DNA of 64,000 nucleotides, from contig JAHFEK010000002.1 of assembly GCA_023248495.1 (NCBI GenBank), positions 26,733 through 90,732 on the forward strand. The letters run 5' to 3'. The translations under genes and the position numbers were made by a program. The DNA comes from Nitrospinales bacterium. Lineage in GTDB: Bacteria > Nitrospinota_A > UBA7883 > JACRGQ01. This document shows, piece after piece, positions 53,515 through 62,572 of this stretch. Positions within the stretch are counted from its first letter, which is position 1; every line of letters starts with the position of its first letter. Below the pieces are notes generated by a model. The model had not been told where the DNA came from and ran no database searches. It saw only the letters and a list, made by a program, of their open reading frames with translations.

Positions 53515-56394
53515 TTACGTAAGCTTGCCTAGCGCTTCAAGTATGGCCTTCCGCTCGCTTTCCGACGGATCAAGCGTTAGCGCATAATTATAATACTCTT
53601 TTGATTTGATTTCATTTTTTAACACAAAACCATAGAGCCCCGCAAGGTTTACCGCGGCCATCAAATATTGGGGATCCAGTTTAAGGGCCTCGAGGAATTC
53701 CCGTTCGGCTTCGTAGCTGCTTCCCAGGTTGGCGAAAAACATCCCCTTGAGAAAATGGGTCTGCATCCTGAAAAGCCCGCCGGTATCCATCCGCTCGGTA
53801 TCCATAAGCAATTGCATTCCCATTTCCGGCTGGTTTTTGGATAACGCGGCATACAGGGTGGCGATGTTAAGGGAAAGATGGGCGTAGCGGGCATCGGCGT
53901 TGTCGGAATTCATTTCAAGCGCGAGGCTAAAGTGCTTGGCCGCCGAGCCGATACGTCCGTCACTGAGTTCTATTTGGCCCCGCAGAAATTCCTCTTCGGA
54001 CCGGAAATAATTTTGGAATGTCTTTTCCTGGTCCGCCGATGCGAACACGGCTTTTGGCGGCACGCGGAATTTAAGGAGATTTTCAAGATTGCGCCCCTTG
54101 AGGGCGACGCCCGCCTCGTGTATGCGGGGCGCGGAAAACTCGATGTATGGACGGTCGTCGGTAACCGGCGTGACGCCCGCCGCGAACCGCCGTATCTGCC
54201 CCGCGTCCATCATGAAATTCGAAAGGAGTTGATGGACGTTCATAATACCGATCCCCTTCAGGCTTTCGGCGACCGCGCTTTTCGCCATCCCCTCCTGGAG
54301 CTTGGCGACATCCATGGGCATATCTCCATCCGCACCCACCATGATGGCATCCCATTTCGTGTACCACATCTGCGCGTTGGGAAAAACATCGATGAACGTA
54401 GCGACTAGCGCGCGGAAATCCTCCTCCGAGAGATGGTGCAACGGTATCCACTGCGAAACAATCCCCTTGTCGGCAAGCCTTTTTTTACACAGAAGATAAT
54501 ATTCCCTCGTATAAAGACTCACAATGCCGGCGTTGGAGGGAGGCGGAGGTTCGGAGGTTATCAGATCGTATTTTTCCCGCGTCGTCAGCAGGAAATTCCG
54601 CCCGTCTTCCTCCACCATGGAAAAAGAAGGGTTTTTCGCCACGTTAAAATTGGCCTCGGCGAACTTGTCCGCCGCGCCAAATACTTCGCGGGAGATATCG
54701 ACGGCGATGACCCGGTCAAGGCCGTGCGCGGCGGCGGTACCGGCGGTGCTGCCGGTTCCAAAACATACAACAAGCGCCTTCTTCGGCGAAGGATGCATCA
54801 GCAGCGGTATGTGGGCCTGCAGCCGTTCCAGCTGCAACGCCTCGCGGAACGCCCCGGCTATGGGATCGCCATTTATCCATATCCGGCTGACCGGTTTGCG
54901 GTTCGCCGAGAGATCGGAATCCACATACGATACCAACACGGTCGCGGAAGGCCCTTCCCGGTAATATTTCACCCGGCTGCCGGCTTCCAGCTTTTGAGCG
55001 CTCAGTGCAAAAGCGGGATCGCCAGCGGCAACAACACCGAAGGTTAACGCCAGCAAGCAAGCCGTCACGAAAACAACGCGCGAGCGCTCCTTCTTGTCCG
55101 AGGATTTGCCCTGAAGATAGCCACCGGCGATGATGGCCATCCACGACACCGCCACGATACCGAACCGTATCCCCATAAACGGAATAAGCAGGTACCCGGC
55201 GGCAAGTGAACCCAACACGCACCCGGCGATATTCATGGCGTAAAACCTGCCCACGGTGCCCCCCGTTTTTTCAGGCGTCGAAGAAATGGCCCCTAAGATA
55301 AGCGGAAAGCCGCCCCCCATCAGAAACGTGCAGGGAAATACTATTATCATGGAGAAAATGACCGCTTCAGCCATCGGATTGCCGCCCGGTATCACGGAAG
55401 CAAGAAAACCGCCGCCGGACGCCGCCACGCCCATCAGCTCGCGGTTGAAAAGAAGCCCCGCCAGCGAGACCAGCGCGAAGAGTCCGATGCCCATCTGAAA
55501 TCCGCCAAACAGAAACGCGCCGTTGCGCGGCGCCTTTTTCATCATACGGGCCGTTAACGCGCTCCCGGTGCCAATACCTAAAAGAAAAATCGCCAAAATC
55601 AGGGAAAATGCATAGGTCGTGTTGTTCAAAAGCAGGATGAACATTCTTGTCCAAAGGACTTCAAGGGCCATTGCGCAAAAGCCGGCAACGCCGAAAAGAA
55701 ACAGGATGGACCGGCGCGATACCATGAAGTCCTCCGCCGCCGGGGCCGCTTTCGCTTCTCCGGCGGAAACGGATACCCAGCCGGCCTCCGCCGCCAGCAG
55801 GAATGCTCCGATGCCGCATACCATGTTCATCGCCGCCCCAACCCTAAGGGTACCCGACAGACCGATATGCTCGATAAGCCAAAAACCCGCAAGAACACAT
55901 CCAACCACCGCGCCCAGCGTATTAACCGCATACAGGATACCCACGGATTTGCCGATACCCGGCTCGCGATGCGCAAGGTGGCGGCTTAACGCGGGAAGTG
56001 TGCCCCCCATCAATGCGGTCGGGATCAAAAGCGCCGATATCGCCAGAACAAAACGCAATACCATGACGTATAGAAGGTTTCCCCCGGCGCCCGGATGTAA
56101 TTGCACGTAGGCCTTTTCGAGGTGCTGAAGAATAAAGGGAAATAGAACCATATACACCGCAATGGCTAACTCAAGGGCGGCATAAAGCCGTATCGGCGCC
56201 GCGCCACGATCCAGTTTTTTCCCAAAGTATATCGCGCCGAAGCCAAGCCCTCCCATAAACGCGACCAAAACCGCGCTCACCGCGTAAATGCTTACGCCCA
56301 GCAAAAGGGTCAGCTCCCGCACCCAGACAATCTCGTAGATAAGACCGGCGGCGCCTGAAATGAAGAAAAGAATGAAAAGGAGAGCCCTTTTCAC
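53515..56394 (-). CDS. fused polytopic membrane domain / spermidine-synthase-like methyltransferase-fold domain / C-terminal TPR
   Basis: 959 aa. About 12-14 TM (MFS-like) come first. Then ...KKALVVCFGTGSTAG...VIAVDIS...YDLITSEPPPP (SpeE-like SAM-fold motifs), then TPR repeats. Confidence 0.7.
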   Translation of the reverse strand: MKRALLFILFFISGAAGLIYEIVWVRELTLLLGVSIYAVSAVLVAFMGGLGFGAIYFGKKLDRGAAPIRLYAALELAIAVYMVLFPFILQHLEKAYVQLHPGAGGNLLYVMVLRFVLAISALLIPTALMGGTLPALSRHLAHREPGIGKSVGILYAVNTLGAVVGCVLAGFWLIEHIGLSGTLRVGAAMNMVCGIGAFLLAAEAGWVSVSAGEAKAAPAAEDFMVSRRSILFLFGVAGFCAMALEVLWTRMFILLLNNTTYAFSLILAIFLLGIGTGSALTARMMKKAPRNGAFLFGGFQMGIGLFALVSLAGLLFNRELMGVAASGGGFLASVIPGGNPMAEAVIFSMIIVFPCTFLMGGGFPLILGAISSTPEKTGGTVGRFYAMNIAGCVLGSLAAGYLLIPFMGIRFGIVAVSWMAIIAGGYLQGKSSDKKERSRVVFVTACLLALTFGVVAAGDPAFALSAQKLEAGSRVKYYREGPSATVLVSYVDSDLSANRKPVSRIWINGDPIAGAFREALQLERLQAHIPLLMHPSPKKALVVCFGTGSTAGTAAAHGLDRVIAVDISREVFGAADKFAEANFNVAKNPSFSMVEEDGRNFLLTTREKYDLITSEPPPPSNAGIVSLYTREYYLLCKKRLADKGIVSQWIPLHHLSEEDFRALVATFIDVFPNAQMWYTKWDAIMVGADGDMPMDVAKLQEGMAKSAVAESLKGIGIMNVHQLLSNFMMDAGQIRRFAAGVTPVTDDRPYIEFSAPRIHEAGVALKGRNLENLLKFRVPPKAVFASADQEKTFQNYFRSEEEFLRGQIELSDGRIGSAAKHFSLALEMNSDNADARYAHLSLNIATLYAALSKNQPEMGMQLLMDTERMDTGGLFRMQTHFLKGMFFANLGSSYEAEREFLEALKLDPQYLMAAVNLAGLYGFVLKNEIKSKEYYNYALTLDPSESERKAILEALGKLT

Positions 56395-57497
56395 CTGAAT
56401 ATCTTCTCAGTGGTCTTTATTTTAACCCGCATCTTTTTTGATTCGTCAAGCAACGCTGCGGTGTCCAGCATGCCCAGCTTCCCGGTACCGGACTCGGTGA
56501 ACCAGACGCGCCCCTTAGTATCGATCGCCAGTGAATTTGGCTTCGATTCCCCTTCGGAAAGATCGAACATTTGCATCGTGGCGGTTTTTGTGTTGAAACG
56601 GAGCAAGCGGTTATCGGTATGTTGAACCATCCAAAGGTTATCCGACTGGTCCATCGCTATTTCACTGGTTCCCTTGTTTTTCGGCATATCGAAAGTCTCT
56701 TGCTTCGCGGTTTTAGGATCGAAACGCACAATCATGTTATCGACCATTTGAAGATACCAAATCATCCCCTTGGAATCGAACACCGTGCCGAGAGGAGACT
56801 TCATGGCGGGCGATATGCCCCATTCGCGAAACCTCTTCTTTTCGGGATCAAACATGGCGATCTTGTTGCCGCTGCGTTCGACAAACCACATATTACCCGA
56901 GCGATCCTCCGTCAAATCAAAACTGCTGCTGTTCGGGGTCGGGATAATGAACTTTTCGAATTTTTCGGTGCCGGGCCGGAAACGGATCAGCATGTCATTG
57001 TTCCAACCTAGCACCCAAATATCGCCGGTGCGCGCGGCATAAACGATGATCGGATCGACATTCTTGAAAGGAATAACGTATTCCTTGAATGTTTTTGTTT
57101 TTGGATCGAACTTGGATAACACGTTAACGTCCTGCTCAACCAACCATAGAATGCCGTTCTTGTCCGCGGTCATATCCATGGCGTGGCTTTTACCCGAGAG
57201 AATGGGATATTCCTTCATCACGCCGGATTTAGAATCAAAACTTACCAGCGCGTTGGCATTGAACTCGATAAACCAGACGGTGGCGTCCCCTGTGGTGGTA
57301 ACAGCGGTGGGATAGCTCTCCTTCTGCGGAATGTCGTACTCCGTTATCAACTCGCCGCCACGAGCCGCCGGAACAATGGCAACCGATACCATCAGGGCCA
57401 ACACGGTTGCCCTGAAGGAAGTCCCGCTAAAAAAACCGGCAATCCGTGAAAGAGGCCCACCTTGAAAAGCGCGGTTGGGAAATGTCGAAAACAACAT
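56391..57497 (-). CDS. secreted 7-bladed beta-propeller, Vgb (virginiamycin B lyase)/lactonase-like repeats
   Basis: Seven repeats of the form D..G.(I/L/M)W(F/L/V).E...N.(L/I)..FDP.T..F.E(Y/F).(I/L)P. No Cys-rich or heme motifs. Confidence 0.65.
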   Translation of the reverse strand: MLFSTFPNRAFQGGPLSRIAGFFSGTSFRATVLALMVSVAIVPAARGGELITEYDIPQKESYPTAVTTTGDATVWFIEFNANALVSFDSKSGVMKEYPILSGKSHAMDMTADKNGILWLVEQDVNVLSKFDPKTKTFKEYVIPFKNVDPIIVYAARTGDIWVLGWNNDMLIRFRPGTEKFEKFIIPTPNSSSFDLTEDRSGNMWFVERSGNKIAMFDPEKKRFREWGISPAMKSPLGTVFDSKGMIWYLQMVDNMIVRFDPKTAKQETFDMPKNKGTSEIAMDQSDNLWMVQHTDNRLLRFNTKTATMQMFDLSEGESKPNSLAIDTKGRVWFTESGTGKLGMLDTAALLDESKKMRVKIKTTEKIFR

Positions 57498-57517
57498 GCG
57501 AAGCTCTCTGTCCGGAT

Positions 57518-58750
57518 TTAGTGGGAGTGGCCGCTTGGCGCTTCATGAACATGGGGCATCGCTTTGCCTTTGGGCACCGATGAACGGATTAGCATCGATA
57601 TCTGATTAGCGCCCCTGTCGCTTTCGGTAAACCACACGTCCCCTTTCGAATCGACGGACAGGCTCATCGGTTGCGCGCCCATCGAGGGAAGGTCGAAGGA
57701 GGCGAAACTTACGGACTTCTGGTCAAAATAACCGATAGCGTTCATCATGCTGTCAATGTACCAAATATACCCGTCTTTAGCCGCGGTTATGGCCTGGGGA
57801 GCGGTATTGTAGCCCGGGGGATCGGTCAGCCCAAACATTCCTTTGTCGGTATAAAGAACGCCGATCTGCTTGGAGCGCAATAAGCAAAACCACAGCATCC
57901 CTTCTTTGCCGAACTGCATCTTCCCCGGCTGCGACTTCACGGCGGGAATCGGGAATTTCTTATACTTTTTGGTTTCCGGCTCATACCTGCCGATATAGTT
58001 CTCGCTAACCTCGCTGAGCCATACAACGCCCGCCGTATCCACCGCTATCCCCATTAACTGGCTTCCGGCCGGAAGCGGAATTTCCGCTATGGTCTTCTTA
58101 GCCACGTCAAGGACGCCGAATTTCGACCCGTTTTTTTCCACAAACCATATCCGCCCGCGCGGATCTTCAGCCAAATCATACGGCTGGGCATTTTTGGTCG
58201 GCATGAGGAACTCGGTCATTTCCTCGGTGACCGGATCGAACCGGACGACGCTGTTGCCCAGATGCATCACAAACCAAACGATATCGTTTTTTCCAACAAT
58301 TACGTTGCCGGGACTGCCGACACTGTACACGTTAAAGGCTTTGTCCGGCGATGTCCGGTTTTTCGAATCGTATTTCCAGTCTGATTCCGGCAATCCTTCG
58401 GTGGAGGGAATCCGGTATTCCTTGAATTCCCCTTTCGAGGGATCTAACCTCACCAAGGAATTGGCGCTCATCAAGGTGCACCATATGTTGTCTTTTGAAT
58501 CAACCGCGATGCCGTAAGGTGTGGCATAACGGGCAGGCACCGGATACTGAACGATGCGCACATCGCCCTTAACCTCTTTCGGCGCGACGATGGTAACTTT
58601 TGGCTTTACTTTTACGCCTAAACCCGTTGGCGCGCCCGCAGCGTCACCAACCGAGACAAAGGCCAGTACCAACACCAGCCCCGCTACAGTCAAGATTGAT
58701 CGAGGTGTAAACGTCCGCCGGGAAATGCTACCAGGTGAACGTAGGTTCAT
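57518..58750 (-). CDS. Tat-targeted 7-bladed Vgb/lactonase-like beta-propeller with His-rich C-terminal tail
   Basis: N-terminus ...GSISRRTFTPRSILTVAGLVLVLAF (S-R-R-x-F twin-arginine motif). Same repeat family as 56391-57497. The C-terminus ends ...AMPHVHEAPSGHSH. Confidence 0.65.
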   Translation of the reverse strand: MNLRSPGSISRRTFTPRSILTVAGLVLVLAFVSVGDAAGAPTGLGVKVKPKVTIVAPKEVKGDVRIVQYPVPARYATPYGIAVDSKDNIWCTLMSANSLVRLDPSKGEFKEYRIPSTEGLPESDWKYDSKNRTSPDKAFNVYSVGSPGNVIVGKNDIVWFVMHLGNSVVRFDPVTEEMTEFLMPTKNAQPYDLAEDPRGRIWFVEKNGSKFGVLDVAKKTIAEIPLPAGSQLMGIAVDTAGVVWLSEVSENYIGRYEPETKKYKKFPIPAVKSQPGKMQFGKEGMLWFCLLRSKQIGVLYTDKGMFGLTDPPGYNTAPQAITAAKDGYIWYIDSMMNAIGYFDQKSVSFASFDLPSMGAQPMSLSVDSKGDVWFTESDRGANQISMLIRSSVPKGKAMPHVHEAPSGHSH

Positions 58751-59441
58751 ACATATGCCTCATCTGCCAATTTGCATCCTTGTAGCCCTGTACTTCGCTT
58801 TGGCCGGAATTCCCGCCTGATCCGGCTTCGGCCTCTATTTTTCCGGCCCGATACTTGCCAACCCCGATTTGCAACGCGCGTTCCGTCGCATAATACTTCG
58901 CGACATTCGCGGGAGGAATGGCCATTCTTGGCCCCATCGAGGCGTTGTGGCACGAATCGCAACCAAGGATTTTTGCCTGATGACCGCTCCTATAAACCCC
59001 GACAAGTATGACAAAAGCGAATATCAACGCCGGCAATGCATAGATGACGCTTCTTGCAAGCCCCTGCATCCCCCGCGCTTTTTCAATGATGTTTTTAAGC
59101 CCCGGGATGCGGTCAAACGGCACCCTATGCATCGACGGCAGGAAAATAAAAAACACCAACGTTACAATCGGAATGACCGGCATTAGAACAAGATATTTTT
59201 TTAAGCTGCCGCCAAAATACCAAAATCCCTGCCAAAAAAGCAGAAATATCCATTCAGGCCCGGGAATGTTCTCACCTTCGTCCGGCATCGGGACTTGGTC
59301 AGGGGCCAAAAACGGCACGGGATATTTGATCGACAAAAATACCATAACCGCCACCAAAGCGGTCATAAGGATCGAAAGGATCAAAAGGTACGTGGGCCAC
59401 CAGAATAATCCTTTTTTCTTAGCGATGTTTGTAATGCTCAT
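58728..59441 (-). CDS. cytochrome b C-terminal part (subunit IV/PetD-like) fused to a monoheme c domain
   Basis: The Qo-site motif PEWY appears as GPEWIFLLFW. Three TM, then CDSCHN. ATG 59441 is preceded by GGGGGAG 7 nt upstream. Confidence 0.75.
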   Translation of the reverse strand: MSITNIAKKKGLFWWPTYLLILSILMTALVAVMVFLSIKYPVPFLAPDQVPMPDEGENIPGPEWIFLLFWQGFWYFGGSLKKYLVLMPVIPIVTLVFFIFLPSMHRVPFDRIPGLKNIIEKARGMQGLARSVIYALPALIFAFVILVGVYRSGHQAKILGCDSCHNASMGPRMAIPPANVAKYYATERALQIGVGKYRAGKIEAEAGSGGNSGQSEVQGYKDANWQMRHMYEPTFTW

Positions 59442-59466
59442 GGCTGGACTCCCCCTATTTGCCGAA

Positions 59467-60099
59467 TCATACTTTTTTGGCCAATCCAAGCCGTCTCGTC
59501 AAAATGATATGAACGAAAAGAACGGCGAAAAACAGTATCGGCAACATTATGATATGCACCGCGAAATTGCGACCAAGCGTGAATGAACTCAAAATGAGAT
59601 CTTTAACCGATCCGCCAACAAGCGGAATCAACTCAAGCCAGTCGGCCCAGATAATCAGTTCCCAATAACTTCTCCAGTCCCACGGCGCGATAATGCCGGA
59701 GATCAGAAAAAGAAAGAAAATCAGCCCCAAGACAAGCCCGGTGAACCAATTTAATTCGCGCGGATTTTTATACGCTTTCCTTCCCATGGTGTGAAACACA
59801 TGCAACATGACAAAAAGAGCGCCAAACGTAGCACTCCACCGGTGAAGGCTTCGCATGATGGCTCCCAGATTCGACAACTGACACATATCCCGAATGCTCT
59901 GGTGCGCAAGATTCGGTTCCGGAACATAGTACATGACCATGTAAAAGCCGGTTAAAAACTGAATACCGACACAGCCGATAGTCAGGCCGCTGAAGAAGTG
60001 CCATATGGTGGCGCTTTCAGAAAGCTCAAATGCAATATGATTGTTATAAAATTGAACAATCCCAAGGCGCTCGTCAATCCATCCAATAATTTTTTTCAT
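59467..60099 (-). CDS. cytochrome b6-type N-terminal subunit (PetB-like)
   Basis: Four TM. The bis-His pairs are LHRWSATFGALFVMLH (H-x13-H) and VHIIMLPILFFAVLFVH (H-x14-H, b6-type spacing). Confidence 0.85.
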   Translation of the reverse strand: MKKIIGWIDERLGIVQFYNNHIAFELSESATIWHFFSGLTIGCVGIQFLTGFYMVMYYVPEPNLAHQSIRDMCQLSNLGAIMRSLHRWSATFGALFVMLHVFHTMGRKAYKNPRELNWFTGLVLGLIFFLFLISGIIAPWDWRSYWELIIWADWLELIPLVGGSVKDLILSSFTLGRNFAVHIIMLPILFFAVLFVHIILTRRLGLAKKV

Positions 60100-60107
60100 G
60101 ATTAGCC

Positions 60108-60608
60108 TTATTTAGTTGCCAGTTCCGTGCCATTTGCGTCTTGTGGAGCCTTGATGAACGCTGTCTCATCAATTGTCTCCGCATTGAAATCTATCTGCCA
60201 TTCATTGCTTGTCTTATCAAGGATGAGATTCAATTGGCTTGTCGTCTTGAAACTGTCCTCAAATTTTGACGGAGCGGATACTTCCAGTTTTACCACCGCG
60301 ACCCAGTCGCCATTTTTGTTTGGCTCTTTCGGAAGAAGCGACTGAAGCACTTTTATCTTTGCTTGGGATGTCCCGTAATTTTCCGTCCATTTTCTGAATG
60401 AATCGATATTCATGACGCCATATTTTGTCGATACCATTTTATATGCTTCCTGGTTCGCGAGGCGTCCGCCATCAGCCAGCAGCTTGAAAAATCGGCTGGC
60501 GACTTCCTCGGGCTTGGCATCAGGAAACTTCGCCTGAGCTTTTGTGCAAGCGGAAAATACGCCGAATGCGAGAAATAAACAGATAAAAGCTCTCATGACA
60601 CGCTTCAT
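60108..60608 (-). CDS. lipoprotein of unknown function (NTF2/SnoaL-like fold guessed)
   Basis: Lipobox-like GVFSAC. No Rieske (CxH..CxxH) or Met-rich Cu motifs. Confidence 0.5.
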   Translation of the reverse strand: MKRVMRAFICLFLAFGVFSACTKAQAKFPDAKPEEVASRFFKLLADGGRLANQEAYKMVSTKYGVMNIDSFRKWTENYGTSQAKIKVLQSLLPKEPNKNGDWVAVVKLEVSAPSKFEDSFKTTSQLNLILDKTSNEWQIDFNAETIDETAFIKAPQDANGTELATK

Positions 60609-60677
60609 AACTTAAACGATCCCCCGATTATTCAACGATGCCAACGCATATTACATCGTAAAAGCAATGTTCCGCAA

Positions 60678-60711
60678 CAAAAATAAAGGGGCCGGTTTTT
60701 CAACCGGCCCC
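60678..60711 (-). terminator. rho-independent terminator/attenuator after the NosZ-like gene
   Basis: Reverse strand reads GGGGCCGGTT-gaaa-AACCGGCCCC followed by TTTATTTTTG, 41 nt after the stop at 60752. Confidence 0.75.
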
Positions 60712-60751
60712 TCTTTGTACCGCCAATCAGGCAGAAGGAAAAACCAACCAG

Positions 60752-62554
60752 TTAGATAACCGGTTCGCTGCCTTCATTCAACTTGTTCATCAGCTTGTTG
60801 GTGCCGACGATGAATTGGCGCTCGCCTGGAGCCAACATGGTATCCTGTTTGGACATTTCGTCGTAATCGCCGACGCCCATGGAGGCCTTGCCGCCTGGGG
60901 GATCAACGAAGAACGTGCCGCGCATTTCAAGGTGCAGCGGTCCACAGAACTGCTGGCAGTAGTATTCGAATTCGCCAGCCTTATCAGCAACGAATTCGTC
61001 AACAGCGGACATACCGCGAACGGCGAATATCATCGTTCGCGGACCGTAATAGCCAGCGGCCGTGAAGCCCATGGTGACGTCCGGGTTCTTTGTAAGACCG
61101 GCCGCCTTGTCTATATTGGTATAGATAATGCGAACTTTCGCGCCCTTGGGGACGTGGATGAAGCGGGGCACGTAGCCGTAGGAGAATCCTTTGACTCTCA
61201 CAACGTATACGTCACCTTCCTTCGTCACGCCGGGTTTGCCGTCGTCACGGGGAATCCAGGTGCGGACGCTGTCAGCCGTATGTGTCGGCTCGAGCTGCGA
61301 ATGCACGTTCGCGGGGAGACCGGGCCGACCCGTCGCGCCAAAGCTGACGTGGTAGTCGCCGAGGTCATAGCCCTTTTCGAACAGATCTTCACCTTTGCCG
61401 GTATTCCATCTCTGGATGTACGTGGCAAATATCTGGCGCCCTTCGTGCGGCTCGCCGTCAACCGGCGCCAACTTAACGGATTTACCGTAGGTCGGGCTGG
61501 TTTCGTCGATATCCTGTTCCTCGAAGTTAACGGCAAAGATGATGCCGGTCGGGGTAAACAGGCCGGTGGAGAACTTGTTCTGGGACATATAGTAAGCATC
61601 GTCCGGGGCGATCGAGTTGTGACCGCAGCGGTAGTGGATCGGGAATTCGTCAACCAACTGCATGCGCATCACGTCGGTCTTCGAAGTGGAGTCCGACACG
61701 AAGCAGGAGTTGTAGACGTATTTACCGAGCGAGTCAAACTGGTTGTGCAGGGGACCGGCGCCTACCGGGATAACCTTGCGCACGCGCAGTTGATCCACGT
61801 CGATGATGGAAATCGTGGCGGAAAGCTTGTCGCAGACGGAAACCATGCGGCCCGTGGGGCTGACGTTGGTGCCGTGCGGGTTTTTGCCGACCGGGATTTC
61901 CTTGATCAGCTTGAACGGATCCTGGCTGAACACCATGACCGCCGAGTGATAGTAGTTACCCGAGAAGACGTATCTGCCGTCTTTGCTGGTATCCGGATAG
62001 TCCGGTGCGCTGGGGGCCGGCGGTATATCAAGAACCGTCGTCGCGCCATCGGAAAGCCGCAGTTTCAGCATTTTGCCGGTGAGTTCGCCCGTGGCAAACA
62101 GGTATTTGCCGTTCGGGGAGAGCGCCGCGCTGTGGTGAATGCCGAACGGTTTCGGCAAAGCGAAAATCCGCTCCACCCAGCCGGTCTGCAAGTTCACTTC
62201 ATCAATCGTGTCCGAGCCCTTGTCGGAAACATACAGGTACTTGCCATCGGGCGTACCGTTGTTGTTACCCGCGTTGGAGCCGGAGAACGGGAAATTGTGC
62301 ATGTCGGTACCGCACTTGATGTGGCGGTACGTCTTCATGGAAGGAATACCGATGACGCCGATCGCGCCGTCAGTGCCGCCTGCATCATACAGGATGGCGT
62401 AGTCGCGCAACGGATAGTCGCTATCCTGGGGCGCGATGACGTGCCAGTCACGCGCATCTTTATCCGTAAGGATAACTTTTTTTGCTTCCGCGGGCAGGTT
62501 AAGAGCAACCAGCGCGACGGAAAGAGTCAATAAAGAAAATAGCTTTTTTTTCAA
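60752..62554 (-). CDS. nosZ: divergent nitrous-oxide-reductase (NosZ)-like protein: Sec signal + compact beta-propeller + CuA cupredoxin
   Basis: NosZ signature strings occur in the canonical order: IHH, VGAGPLHNQFD, HYRCGH, DGEPHE, YTNID....DVTMGF and FVADKAGEFEYYCQQFCGPLHLEM. The last contains the CuA C-x3-C-x3-H-x2-M motif, nt 60923-60958. Confidence 0.75.
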   Translation of the reverse strand: MKKKLFSLLTLSVALVALNLPAEAKKVILTDKDARDWHVIAPQDSDYPLRDYAILYDAGGTDGAIGVIGIPSMKTYRHIKCGTDMHNFPFSGSNAGNNNGTPDGKYLYVSDKGSDTIDEVNLQTGWVERIFALPKPFGIHHSAALSPNGKYLFATGELTGKMLKLRLSDGATTVLDIPPAPSAPDYPDTSKDGRYVFSGNYYHSAVMVFSQDPFKLIKEIPVGKNPHGTNVSPTGRMVSVCDKLSATISIIDVDQLRVRKVIPVGAGPLHNQFDSLGKYVYNSCFVSDSTSKTDVMRMQLVDEFPIHYRCGHNSIAPDDAYYMSQNKFSTGLFTPTGIIFAVNFEEQDIDETSPTYGKSVKLAPVDGEPHEGRQIFATYIQRWNTGKGEDLFEKGYDLGDYHVSFGATGRPGLPANVHSQLEPTHTADSVRTWIPRDDGKPGVTKEGDVYVVRVKGFSYGYVPRFIHVPKGAKVRIIYTNIDKAAGLTKNPDVTMGFTAAGYYGPRTMIFAVRGMSAVDEFVADKAGEFEYYCQQFCGPLHLEMRGTFFVDPPGGKASMGVGDYDEMSKQDTMLAPGERQFIVGTNKLMNKLNEGSEPVI

Positions 62555-62572
62555 GAGTTACCACCCCCTCCG

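Noticed and set aside
60108-60608. Considered the 166-aa lipoprotein as the missing Rieske subunit or a NosL-like Cu chaperone.
   Set aside because: It has no CxH/CxxH cluster-binding boxes and no Met/His/Cys-rich Cu(I) site. The only Cys is the lipobox Cys.
60815-62533. 572-aa plus-strand ORF covering the NosZ-like gene.
   Set aside because: It is the antisense shadow of the NosZ-like ORF. The R/G/V/A-rich sequence has no motifs, while the minus frame carries ordered NosZ signatures.
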